Shown here piece by piece: positions 44,074-52,072 of a DNA stretch of 53,599 nt (positions are counted from its first letter, which is position 1; each line of letters opens with the position of its first letter). The notes below the pieces were generated by a model, which saw nothing but the letters and a program-made list of their open reading frames with translations, did no database searches and had not been told where the DNA came from. Origin of the DNA: Bacillales bacterium UBA3835 (GTDB lineage: Bacteria; Bacillota_I; Bacilli_A; RFN20; CAG-826); NCBI GenBank assembly GCA_002392945.1, contig DGHZ01000010.1, positions 1 to 53,599 of the forward strand, given 5' to 3'. The position numbers were made by a program, and so were the translations under genes.

Positions 44074-45062
44074 TATTTAGCTTCTTTAATCGCTTTTAAT
44101 AATTCCTCTTTAACATCTTCATTACTATGGATGTATTCTTTAGCGGTTTCTCTACCTTGAGCAATCTTGCTACCGTTATATTCAAACCAGGCTCCGCTCT
44201 TTTTAATGATGCCAAGTTCGACAGCACGGTCTAAGATTTCGCTATCCTTAGAAATACCTTTACCATAAACTATATCAATTTCACATTGTCTAAATGGTGG
44301 CGCAACTTTATTTTTAACCACTTTAATACGACAAGTATTTCCAGTAACATCACTACCGGTTTTAATAGCCTCAGTTCTTCTAATATCTAATCTAATAGAA
44401 GCATAGAATTTTAATGCTCTTCCTCCGGAAGTAGTTTCAGGATTACCGTACATCACACCAACTTTTTCTCTTAATTGGTTAATAAAGATAATAGTACAGT
44501 TATTCTTGTTTAAAGTACCAGCAAGTTTACGCATCGCTTTAGACATAAGTCTAGCTTGCATGCCAACAGAGTTATCACCCATTTCTCCATCAAGTTCAGC
44601 TTGTGGAACTAAAGCAGCAACACTATCGACGATTAATAAATCAATAGCGCCACTACTAGCAAGCATCTCTGCAATTTCAAGAGCCTGCTCACCACTATCA
44701 GGTTGCGATAAGATTAACTCGTCAACATTAACACCTAAGTTTTTAGAATATTCAGGGTCAATAGCATGCTCAGCATCAATAAAGGCAGCTCTACCACCTT
44801 GTTTTTGACATTCTGCAATTGCATGTAAGGCAAGAGTGGTTTTACCACTACTTTCAGGACCATATATCTCAATAATCCTTCCTTTTGGATATCCACCAAC
44901 TCCAAGAGCCTCATCTAAAAGTAATGATCCACTCGGAATGACGGAAACCTCAACACTTGGCCTATCGCCGAGTTTCATAACGGCGCCTTTACCAAATTGC
45001 TTTTGAATTTGTTTTAGAACTTCATCGAGTTCTTTTTCATTTAGTTTGTTTTCTTTGTCCAT
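44073..45062 (-). CDS. recA: Recombinase RecA
   Basis: ORF track 329 aa. Motifs GPESSGKTT and IDAEHA, L1/L2 loop regions, and [30 protein letters not shown]. Confidence 0.98.
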   Translation of the reverse strand: MDKENKLNEKELDEVLKQIQKQFGKGAVMKLGDRPSVEVSVIPSGSLLLDEALGVGGYPKGRIIEIYGPESSGKTTLALHAIAECQKQGGRAAFIDAEHAIDPEYSKNLGVNVDELILSQPDSGEQALEIAEMLASSGAIDLLIVDSVAALVPQAELDGEMGDNSVGMQARLMSKAMRKLAGTLNKNNCTIIFINQLREKVGVMYGNPETTSGGRALKFYASIRLDIRRTEAIKTGSDVTGNTCRIKVVKNKVAPPFRQCEIDIVYGKGISKDSEILDRAVELGIIKKSGAWFEYNGSKIAQGRETAKEYIHSNEDVKEELLKAIKEAK

Positions 45063-45072
45063 TTATTATGGC

Positions 45073-45120
45073 CTCCTCACTATATACAGAGTGGATTTTT
45101 TTCAAAAATTGTGAAAAAAA
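45073..45120 (-). promoter_or_regulatory. Bipartite conserved 5' element (TTTTTTTCACAA-N18-TCTGTATATAGTGAGGAG), copy 2 of 2, upstream of recA
   Basis: Blocks at 45073-45090 and 45109-45120 are identical to 1111-1128 and 1147-1158, with the same 18-nt spacing. The element begins 1 nt after the cinA stop codon. No GAAC-N4-GTTC LexA box was seen. Confidence 0.5.
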
Positions 45121-45121
45121 A

Positions 45122-45592
45122 TTAATTATTTTCTAAAATTAATGTCTCCAAAAGCTCAAAAGCAATATTAATTGCTTTATTTTGAATTTCTTCTCTAGAA
45201 CCTTCTAAGGTATATGAATGCACTTGAGCGGTATCTAAAAAGGCAATTCCAATATGAACTTCGCCTACTGGCTTACCTTCCATTGCAGTTGGTCCAGCAT
45301 TGCCAGTAAAAGAAACACAGTAATCAACGTTTAATAATTTCTTGCCGTTACTAGCCATTTGGGCCGCTACTTCTTTAGAAACAACGCCAAATTCATCAAT
45401 ATCTTTATATGATATTCCTAAAAGTCTATTTTTCTCTTCAGTAGCGTAAGTTACCAAAGCCCCTTTGAAAAAATGGGACGCACCACTAATAGAGGTAATC
45501 TCTTTTGCAAATAAACCACCAGTAAAAGATTCAACAGATCCTAATGTTCGACCTTTTTCTCTAAATAACTTATTAATACCGAGACTATCCAT
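45122..45592 (-). CDS. cinA: CinA-family protein, PncC-type nicotinamide-nucleotide amidase domain only
   Basis: ORF track 156 aa. Motifs ESFTGGL, VTYA(T)E.K and SFTGNAGP. Sits between pgsA and recA as in B. subtilis. Confidence 0.85.
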   Translation of the reverse strand: MDSLGINKLFREKGRTLGSVESFTGGLFAKEITSISGASHFFKGALVTYATEEKNRLLGISYKDIDEFGVVSKEVAAQMASNGKKLLNVDYCVSFTGNAGPTAMEGKPVGEVHIGIAFLDTAQVHSYTLEGSREEIQNKAINIAFELLETLILENN

Positions 45593-45594
45593 GA

Positions 45595-46236
45595 TTATTT
45601 ACTTTCAATAAACGCTTTACGATTTTGCCAAACATAGATGACACCGCTTAATAAAGAAACAAGTGTAGCGGCATATACTAAAAAAGCAGTTACAGTTAAA
45701 TAAGGATTTGTATTATTTGAGTACATATAATGGAATGGGAAATCGTTTAATAATACCGCACCAATCGCTACCATTTGTAGGACAGTTTTTAGCTTGCCAA
45801 AAATATTAGCAGCGATAACCACTCCTTTTTGAGCGGCAATAAATCTTAAGGCATCAACAACTATATCTCTAGCCACCATAATAATAACGCACCAAACAGG
45901 AATAAAAGCGGTTTGTTCTATAGCGTAAGGAGCAATAAGGTGATAGGCACACAAGAAGATTAACATTGAGTTAACCAAGAGCTTATCTGCAACAGGATCT
46001 AAGAATTTTCCTAGGTCAGTCACTTGGTTATTTTTTCTTGCAAGTTTGCCATCAAGATGATCGGTATAACTAGCTATCACGAAAAATACAAAAACAATTA
46101 AAAAGATTAAGTTTATACGGGAATTTCCGAGTTTTGGTGTTGTTAAATCAGGAATAAGTGATAGCACAAATAAAGTAACAATCAGAAGAATAGTTGCAAT
46201 AATTCTTGAGAAGGTGATTTTTGTTGGAAGATTCAT
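45595..46236 (-). CDS. pgsA: CDP-diacylglycerol--glycerol-3-phosphate 3-phosphatidyltransferase
   Basis: ORF track, trimmed to MNLPTKITFSRI (AAGGAGAG upstream of the ATG at 46236). CDP-alcohol phosphotransferase motif DHLDGKLARK...G.FLDPVADK. Confidence 0.9.
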   Translation of the reverse strand: MNLPTKITFSRIIATILLIVTLFVLSLIPDLTTPKLGNSRINLIFLIVFVFFVIASYTDHLDGKLARKNNQVTDLGKFLDPVADKLLVNSMLIFLCAYHLIAPYAIEQTAFIPVWCVIIMVARDIVVDALRFIAAQKGVVIAANIFGKLKTVLQMVAIGAVLLNDFPFHYMYSNNTNPYLTVTAFLVYAATLVSLLSGVIYVWQNRKAFIESK

Positions 46237-46258
46237 AATCTCTCTCCTTTTTAATAGT

Positions 46259-46604
46259 GAGTCTTCGACCCTATAAGCCATGTTTTGTCTAGGATGATAA
46301 TTTATCTAAGAATAATCTTACTTGAATCGATTCGTTTCTCTATCAAGTCTCCCCTACCAAATTTGGGTTTCTCGCTTAAGGGGTTTGCCGCGTTCCACCT
46401 TATTCTTTCAAATAAGCTCCGTCACTGTGGCACTTTCAGGAATTTTACCATGGGTTGCCCTTTAGGTTAATTTCCGCCGTCATGTACTCCTACATGCCTA
46501 ACGTTATTTTTTCCGTTAGCGTAATCACTACAACCATCACAGATTGTGCGAGCATGGACTTTCCTCTAACTAACTAGTAGTCAGCAATCATCTAGGCCGA
46601 AGGT
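46259..46604 (-). ncRNA. rnpB: RNase P RNA, type B
   Basis: Minus sense contains GAGGAAAGTCCATGCTCGCAC, GAAAGTGCCACAGTGACGGAG, GGTGGAACGCGGCAAACCCCTTAAGCGAGAAACCCAAATTTGGTAGGGGA and ACAAAACATGGCTTATAG. P1 can form between CCTTCGGCCTA (5') and TAGGGTCGAAG (3'). These closely parallel the remembered B. subtilis rnpB. Ends are accurate to about +/-5 nt. Confidence 0.93.
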
Positions 46605-46606
46605 TT

Positions 46607-46963
46607 TTATTTTAGTTCATCGGGAATAGAACCGATATGGTCTTTAATATATAGCTCCAACTTCCCGATACGATGGAGCAATTCATAATTATCGATATGA
46701 ACAGCCTTATCTTTTGGAAGATATTTGGTTTTATCTTTCTGCTTGGCTAATTCTTCACTTAATCTAGCATTTTCTTTTTTTAGTTCGCTAAGTTCATTAA
46801 GTATAGCTTTAATATCAACCGATGAAGAAGCCTCTACTTTTCTATAATCTTCAATAATTTCATCTAGAACTGCGTCAACTTCATCAGGATCATATCCGCG
46901 TTCCGCAGATTTAAATTTCTTATTAAGAAGGGAATGAGAAGAAAAAGTTAGGTCTTTGTTCAT
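46607..46963 (-). CDS. gpsB: DivIVA-domain cell-cycle protein GpsB-like
   Basis: ORF track 118 aa. The N-terminal DivIVA motif is LLNKKFKSAERGYDPDEVDAVLDEIIEDY. The C-terminal NYELLHRIGKLELYI resembles the GpsB C-terminal domain. Adjacent to rnpB as in B. subtilis. Confidence 0.7.
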   Translation of the reverse strand: MNKDLTFSSHSLLNKKFKSAERGYDPDEVDAVLDEIIEDYRKVEASSSVDIKAILNELSELKKENARLSEELAKQKDKTKYLPKDKAVHIDNYELLHRIGKLELYIKDHIGSIPDELK

Positions 46964-47055
46964 ATACTCTACTATTATCTCTTATATCTAGACATTTTTC
47001 TATGAAAAATTTATAAATATAATCATTTTTTGAGTCAACTTGATTTTCCTTTTTC

Positions 47056-47084
47056 TTGAAAAGAACATTTTCTATCGTTAATAT
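47056..47084 (+). promoter_or_regulatory. Sigma-A-type promoter (TTGAAA-17 nt-TAATAT) placed for a leaderless or near-leaderless transcript
   Basis: -35 at 47056-47061 and -10 at 47079-47084. The ATG at 47093 is only 8 nt downstream of the -10 box, there is no SD, and an in-frame TAG lies at 47084-47086. Confidence 0.5.
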
Positions 47085-47092
47085 AGAAAACG

Positions 47093-47818
47093 ATGAAAAA
47101 AATTAATCGCATTTTAAAAGGAAGAAAATATATTTGTTTCTTAGATTTCGAAGGAACACAGTTTTCTCATGAAATGATTGCCTATGGAGCCTATTTCACA
47201 TATTTAAATAAAGAAGGCCAAATTGTTAAGGCTAAAAACCCAATAAGAAATTATGTGAAGAGTAAAAACTCTATTGGCAGATTCGTTAAAGAATTAACAG
47301 GAATCACTGAAAAAGATTTAGAAACATATGGAGTTCCATTTTCAAAAGCAATTCATGAAATTAAAAAGTATTGTGGGTTGGCGTTTAAAAAAACTGTTTT
47401 TGTCACCTTTGGTAACCACGATATGCGTATATTAAATCAATCATGTTCCTATAATTTAGACGCTCCAAAAGAATTATGTGACATCATCAAAAAGAACTAT
47501 TTTGATTTTCAATCAGTGATTTCTGAATTTGTTAAAGATGATAATGGTAATCCATTATCTTTATCACATTATTTAGAAGTCTTTGGAGTTGAGTTTGATG
47601 GCACGGCTCATGATCCAATGTATGACGCTGTTAATTTAGCTAGACTCTATAGTGTTTTCCTTAAGGAAAAAAATATCGTATTAGAGCAGTACTATAAAGT
47701 TTTAAATAGAAGCAATATTGGCCCAGAACCAGTTAATAAAGCAATCAAAAAATTATTAAATGGCGAAGGCGTAACTCCAGAAGAATTTAAAGAATTCGTT
47801 AAAGAATATATCGACTAA
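47093..47818 (+). CDS. DEDDh 3'-5' exonuclease (DnaQ/KapD-like)
   Basis: ORF track 241 aa. ExoI FLDFEGT, ExoII GNHDMRIL and ExoIII HDPMYDAVNLA. Confidence 0.75.
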   Translation: MKKINRILKGRKYICFLDFEGTQFSHEMIAYGAYFTYLNKEGQIVKAKNPIRNYVKSKNSIGRFVKELTGITEKDLETYGVPFSKAIHEIKKYCGLAFKKTVFVTFGNHDMRILNQSCSYNLDAPKELCDIIKKNYFDFQSVISEFVKDDNGNPLSLSHYLEVFGVEFDGTAHDPMYDAVNLARLYSVFLKEKNIVLEQYYKVLNRSNIGPEPVNKAIKKLLNGEGVTPEEFKEFVKEYID

Positions 47819-48408
47819 TGATTAGATACCCTAATGGTCAAATATATAAAAAAGAGGAGCCTAAAAAAATAAAAAAATCCTCAACTGAATTATCCATTTC
47901 TAGCGCTAACCGCGGAATGAATTTTGAAAGTGACATTAATATTTCTAATGAATATTATAGGGATAAAAATATTTGCCTAATTACTAAAAGACCAACGCCA
48001 ATTAATGTTGTAAAAGTTGATTACACAAAAGGTGCAAAAATCACTCATGCATATTTTGAAGAGCAATCCACTACTGACTATAACGGAGTGTATAAAGGCC
48101 GCTATATAGATTTTGAAGCTAAAAACACAAAGAACAAAACTTCTTTTCCATTAAACAACATTACTAAACATCAGATAGAACATTTAAAAAGAGTCATCCT
48201 TCATGGAGGAATTGCTTTCTTTATTATTCAATTCGAATTATTAGATAAAGTATTTATTTTAGACGCAAGTTTTGTTATCCATTTTTATGAAAATGGAGAA
48301 AGAAAATCAATCCCATATTCATGCTTTTTAGAATCTGGGGTTGAAGTAGAAAGAAGCTATAATCCACGTCTAAAATATATAGACGCTATCGATAAATTAT
48401 ATTTTTAG
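47818..48408 (+). CDS. recU: Holliday junction resolvase RecU
   Basis: ORF track 196 aa. GMNFESDINISNEYY, the DY.G...GRYIDFEAK catalytic region and QI.HL are typical of RecU. The start overlaps the upstream stop (TAATG). Confidence 0.9.
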   Translation: MIRYPNGQIYKKEEPKKIKKSSTELSISSANRGMNFESDINISNEYYRDKNICLITKRPTPINVVKVDYTKGAKITHAYFEEQSTTDYNGVYKGRYIDFEAKNTKNKTSFPLNNITKHQIEHLKRVILHGGIAFFIIQFELLDKVFILDASFVIHFYENGERKSIPYSCFLESGVEVERSYNPRLKYIDAIDKLYF

Positions 48409-49028
48409 TTCTTACAAAACTTTTTGATTTTACACTCACTACATTTTGGATTTCTAGCGGTACAAAAATATCGACCAAAATGAATGAGCTGGTGATGAGA
48501 TTTAATCCAAGATTCTTCTGGGATTATTTTTTTAAGCTTTCTTTCTATATCGATTGGCTCATCCCCACTTTTAGCTATACCTAAACGATTTGATATACGA
48601 ATAATGTGAGTGTCTACTGGTAAATCAGGGATTTTAAAAACTTCACATCGAATAACACCAGCAGACTTATTTCCAATACCTGGTAATTTTTGAAGTTCAT
48701 TTTTATCACTTGGAAGAATAGAGTGAAAGTTATGATATAAAACTTCTGCAATACCTTTTATATTTCTGGCTTTATTTTTATATAAGCCAAGAGATTGAAT
48801 CTCTTTTTCGATATCTTTGATATCGGCATCCACAAAAGATTTGATTGTTGGATATTTTTTAAATAAGTGAGTTGTGACAGCATTGACTGATTTATCAGTG
48901 GTTTGAGCGGATAACATCACTGCGATCACAAGTTCATAATCTTTGGAATAAAAAAGCTCACATTTTGCATTTGGAAAAAGTGAGTCTAAATAGTTTGATA
49001 CTTCTTTAAATTGTTCTTTAGTTAACAT
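48405..49028 (-). CDS. nth: Endonuclease III
   Basis: ORF track 207 aa. HhH-GPD motif LPGIGNKSAGVI, catalytic K/D (VDTHIIR) and a C-terminal 4Fe-4S cluster C-x6-C-x2-C-x5-C (CTARNPKCSECKIKKFC). Confidence 0.93.
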   Translation of the reverse strand: MLTKEQFKEVSNYLDSLFPNAKCELFYSKDYELVIAVMLSAQTTDKSVNAVTTHLFKKYPTIKSFVDADIKDIEKEIQSLGLYKNKARNIKGIAEVLYHNFHSILPSDKNELQKLPGIGNKSAGVIRCEVFKIPDLPVDTHIIRISNRLGIAKSGDEPIDIERKLKKIIPEESWIKSHHQLIHFGRYFCTARNPKCSECKIKKFCKN

Positions 49029-49672
49029 TAATCTTTGTTAATCCACGGTATCTTAGCGATACGAATTGTTTCTTCTAAATTCTTGTCCCATTCTTCGCTA
49101 AGTGGGGTGTGTCCTTCAGCTTGTAAGTCATCTCTTTGAGACCAACTGAGAAGAATCTTATCAACACTACGCAAAGTTTTCTTACCTTTTGAAAGCGCTT
49201 CTTTAAGCGCATCGATAATTGTCTTATCGCTATAACCGAAGGAAATCCACTCATGGATTTTAGCAACTTCCACAGGAGACAAAGAACGTCCTAAAAGTTT
49301 TTCAAAATTAGTGTAAACATTTTCTAATTCTTCTTTAATACGAGTAGAGCTCTTTTCCTCTTCTTCTTTAGATAAGAATAATTGGAACTCTCTATATAGT
49401 TTTTGTTTTAATGGTTCTAAAGTAGCAACAGTGTTTTTACCAACTGTTTTATATTCAAACATGCCTTTAGTAATGAGTTTAGCTAAAATCTTATCGATTT
49501 CTTTTAAATCTAAAGTCATTTTTAAAGATAATAAATCCGCGGTCACAAAAGGGTTACCTTGGCTAATTAGATGATCAATAACAAAAATAGTCGCTAACTC
49601 ATTTTCGTTGAGTTTGAGTTTACGATAATTCTCTATTAATAAGTATCTAAAATCTATAGCTTCAGTAATCAT
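49028..49672 (-). CDS. dnaD: DnaD domain replication initiation protein
   Basis: ORF track, trimmed to the ATG at 49672 (the track start at 49690 is a GTG; neither has a clear SD). The C-terminal DnaD-like repeat is FEKLLGRSLSPVEVAKIHEWI..GYSDKTIIDALKEAL. Upstream of nth as in B. subtilis. Confidence 0.7.
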   Translation of the reverse strand: MITEAIDFRYLLIENYRKLKLNENELATIFVIDHLISQGNPFVTADLLSLKMTLDLKEIDKILAKLITKGMFEYKTVGKNTVATLEPLKQKLYREFQLFLSKEEEEKSSTRIKEELENVYTNFEKLLGRSLSPVEVAKIHEWISFGYSDKTIIDALKEALSKGKKTLRSVDKILLSWSQRDDLQAEGHTPLSEEWDKNLEETIRIAKIPWINKD

Positions 49673-49703
49673 GTATATGTAATATAGCACAATTCGATAA
49701 TAA

Positions 49704-50366
49704 TTATAAATTATTTATACCGAATTTTTCTAAGATGCTCTTTAGCTCATTTTGATGATGGCATTTACGGATTTCTTCTAATATCTTTTCTTTACGTAGC
49801 TCAAGAAGTAATTCCTTGTTTTTGTTTATCTCTATTTCTAATTCTTTTTCAATAGAAAAACCTAAATCTAATTTAAAGCGATATATTCGAACAATCCTAA
49901 GTGGATCTTCTTTTATTCTGATTTTAGCTTCTCCTATCATCCTGATAATTTTATTTTTTAAATCCTTTTGTCCATTAACAAAATCAATTACATGTAAATC
50001 TTTATCTAAATATAAAGCATTAATAGTGATATCTCTACGAGGATAATCTTCTTTAATATCTTTAGTAAACTCAACAAGATTAGGATGTCTAGAATCTAAA
50101 TATCCACTTTCTTTTCTAAATGTAGTAAGGTCAAACTTAACATCTTTATAAATAAACTTCACACTTCCATATTTAGCAAAAGTATAATCAGCGTTTTCTA
50201 AAAACGATTTCACTTCTATTGGAGTGGCATCAGTTACTAAATCCATATCTACTAAAGGAATACTTAACAAATAATCTCTAGTAGAACCCCCCACTAAATA
50301 AAGCTGATAACCATGTTTATTAAATAAGTTAACTAACTCAACAAATAAACTAATCTTATTATCCAT
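49704..50366 (-). CDS. cca: Class II tRNA nucleotidyltransferase / poly(A) polymerase family protein, unusually short (220 aa)
   Basis: ORF track. Motif A LVGGSTRDYLL...DMDLVT, motif B RRDITINAL and motif D EDPLRIVRIYRF. Lacks most of the usual C-terminal body/tail region. Confidence 0.8.
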   Translation of the reverse strand: MDNKISLFVELVNLFNKHGYQLYLVGGSTRDYLLSIPLVDMDLVTDATPIEVKSFLENADYTFAKYGSVKFIYKDVKFDLTTFRKESGYLDSRHPNLVEFTKDIKEDYPRRDITINALYLDKDLHVIDFVNGQKDLKNKIIRMIGEAKIRIKEDPLRIVRIYRFKLDLGFSIEKELEIEINKNKELLLELRKEKILEEIRKCHHQNELKSILEKFGINNL

Positions 50367-50430
50367 ATATAAATATTATATTTATTTAGTGTTAAAAAAA
50401 AGACCCGAAGGTCAATTTTTTATATGATGA

Positions 50431-50715
50431 TTATTTGTTTAGCTTTGCTTTAAATTCTTTGGCTATATGCACTGTTACAGTCTTCTTTGGTTTGATTTCA
50501 ATCGCTGTATGTTTCTTAGGATGTGTACCTTTTCTGCCAGCTTTTGTTTTAGGCTCGAACACACAGAAATTCTTGATGTTGACTGATTCCCCTTTTAGCA
50601 AAGCTTCCATGATGAGGTCGAACGTCATATCAACTGATGTCTTAGCATCTACCTTTGATAAGTGTGCTTTCTCAGCAACAAGCTCGATGATCTCATTCTT
50701 ATTGAGCTTTTTCAT
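50431..50715 (-). CDS. hup: HU family DNA-binding protein
   Basis: ORF track 94 aa. The pattern is MKKLNKNEIIELVAEKAHLSKVDAKTSVDMTFDLIMEALLKGESVNIKNF..F, followed by a beta-arm with RKGTHPKK. Confidence 0.85.
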   Translation of the reverse strand: MKKLNKNEIIELVAEKAHLSKVDAKTSVDMTFDLIMEALLKGESVNIKNFCVFEPKTKAGRKGTHPKKHTAIEIKPKKTVTVHIAKEFKAKLNK

Positions 50716-50761
50716 CCCCTTATCTCCTTGTTAAGTATATAAATTATATAATGATTTTGAA

Positions 50762-52072
50762 CTACTTTCTATGTTTTTTTAAACTAATCTTTATAGGCGT
50801 TCCTTCGAAATTAAATGTTTCCCTTAATCGATTTTCCAAATATCGTTGATAGGAGAAATGCATGAATTCAGGGTCATTGACAACAAGAGATATAGTAGGT
50901 GGCGCGGTGAGTATTTGTGTCGAATAGTATATCTTTAAACGCCCTCCATTGAAATCTGGAGCCTGGTTCATGACCTGTGCTTCTTGGATGACATTATTTA
51001 AAATTGATGTCTTTATACGAGTGTGATACGCCTGATGTACAAGCGTTAAAGAATCAAAAAGTGAATTTATCCTTCTTTTTGTAAGAGCAGATAGAAACAC
51101 AACCGGTGCATAATCCAAAAATTTGTATTCATTTCTAATTGTTTTTTCATATGATGACATTGTGTTTGTATCTTTATCAACAAGATCCCATTTATTAACA
51201 ACGATGATAATGGCTTTATGTAAATCAGTGGCGTATTGAATGACATGTTTATCTTGTTCGGTGATACCAGCTTTTCCATCTAAAACTAGTAAAACAATTT
51301 CACTTCTTTCAATAGCTTTTAAGGCTCTAATAGCAGAATATCTATCGATGGCTTCATAAATTTTTCCTTTTTTCTTCAAGCCTGCAGTATCAATAACTAT
51401 ATAATTAACGCCATCTTTAGTAAAAGGTGTATCAATAGAATCTCTAGTCGTACCCGAGATATCACTTACGATAACTCTTTCTTGAGATAAAATAGCGTTT
51501 GTCAAAGAAGATTTTCCAACATTCGGTCTACCAATCAAACAAAAAGTTACAGTGTCTTCATCATTTTTTTCTTTATCATCAGGAATCTTATCAATGATGC
51601 GGTTTAAAACATCGCCTATACCTACACCATGACTTCCAGACACTGGAATTGGCTCACCTAAACCAAGAGCATAAAACTCTGCGGCATTTGCAGCTTGTAA
51701 GCCTTCGTCGATCTTGTTTACTAATAATAAAATTGGCTTTTTAACTTTTCTTAGAAGTTTAGCAACCATATGGTCATCTGTGGTAATTCCAACCTTACCG
51801 TCTACCACAAATAAAATAATGTCAGCTTCCTCGATTGCTATGTTAGCCTGGACACGAATTTGTTCTTGAAATGGGCGATTAGCGACTTCAATTCCACCTG
51901 TATCAATAAGAGTAAAACTCTTACCTAACCAACTAGCGGTACCATATAAGCGGTCTCTAGTAATACCAGCCTCATCATCAACAATTGCTCTTCTATCACC
52001 AATGATACGATTAAAAATCGTTGATTTACCAACGTTAGGACTTCCGACAATTGCAACAACCGCTCTAGCCAT
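50762..52072 (-). CDS. der: Ribosome biogenesis GTPase Der (EngA)
   Basis: ORF track 436 aa. Two tandem GTPase domains (GSPNVGKST/DTGG/NKID and GRPNVGKSS/DTAG/NKWD) plus a KH-like C-terminus. Confidence 0.96.
   Translation of the reverse strand: MARAVVAIVGSPNVGKSTIFNRIIGDRRAIVDDEAGITRDRLYGTASWLGKSFTLIDTGGIEVANRPFQEQIRVQANIAIEEADIILFVVDGKVGITTDDHMVAKLLRKVKKPILLLVNKIDEGLQAANAAEFYALGLGEPIPVSGSHGVGIGDVLNRIIDKIPDDKEKNDEDTVTFCLIGRPNVGKSSLTNAILSQERVIVSDISGTTRDSIDTPFTKDGVNYIVIDTAGLKKKGKIYEAIDRYSAIRALKAIERSEIVLLVLDGKAGITEQDKHVIQYATDLHKAIIIVVNKWDLVDKDTNTMSSYEKTIRNEYKFLDYAPVVFLSALTKRRINSLFDSLTLVHQAYHTRIKTSILNNVIQEAQVMNQAPDFNGGRLKIYYSTQILTAPPTISLVVNDPEFMHFSYQRYLENRLRETFNFEGTPIKISLKKHRK

Noticed and set aside
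44506-44808. Nested, antisense or alternative-frame ORFs: 44506-44808 in recA, 12117-12503 and 12077-12265 in the lipoprotein gene, 41591-41881 in rny, 36931-37212 in fhs, 6207-6470 in the CDF gene, and others of 60-130 aa
   Set aside because: Each lies entirely within a longer ORF that has clear family motifs. Their low-complexity or odd composition and lack of an SD suggest chance open frames in AT-rich or repeat-biased coding DNA.
45063-45121. LexA (Cheo) box GAAC-N4-GTTC upstream of recA
   Set aside because: It was looked for on both strands of the cinA-recA spacer and not found. The spacer is occupied by the bipartite element reported as a finding.
46285-46470. 61-aa plus-strand ORF
   Set aside because: It lies antisense inside the RNase P RNA gene, whose conserved motifs explain the region.
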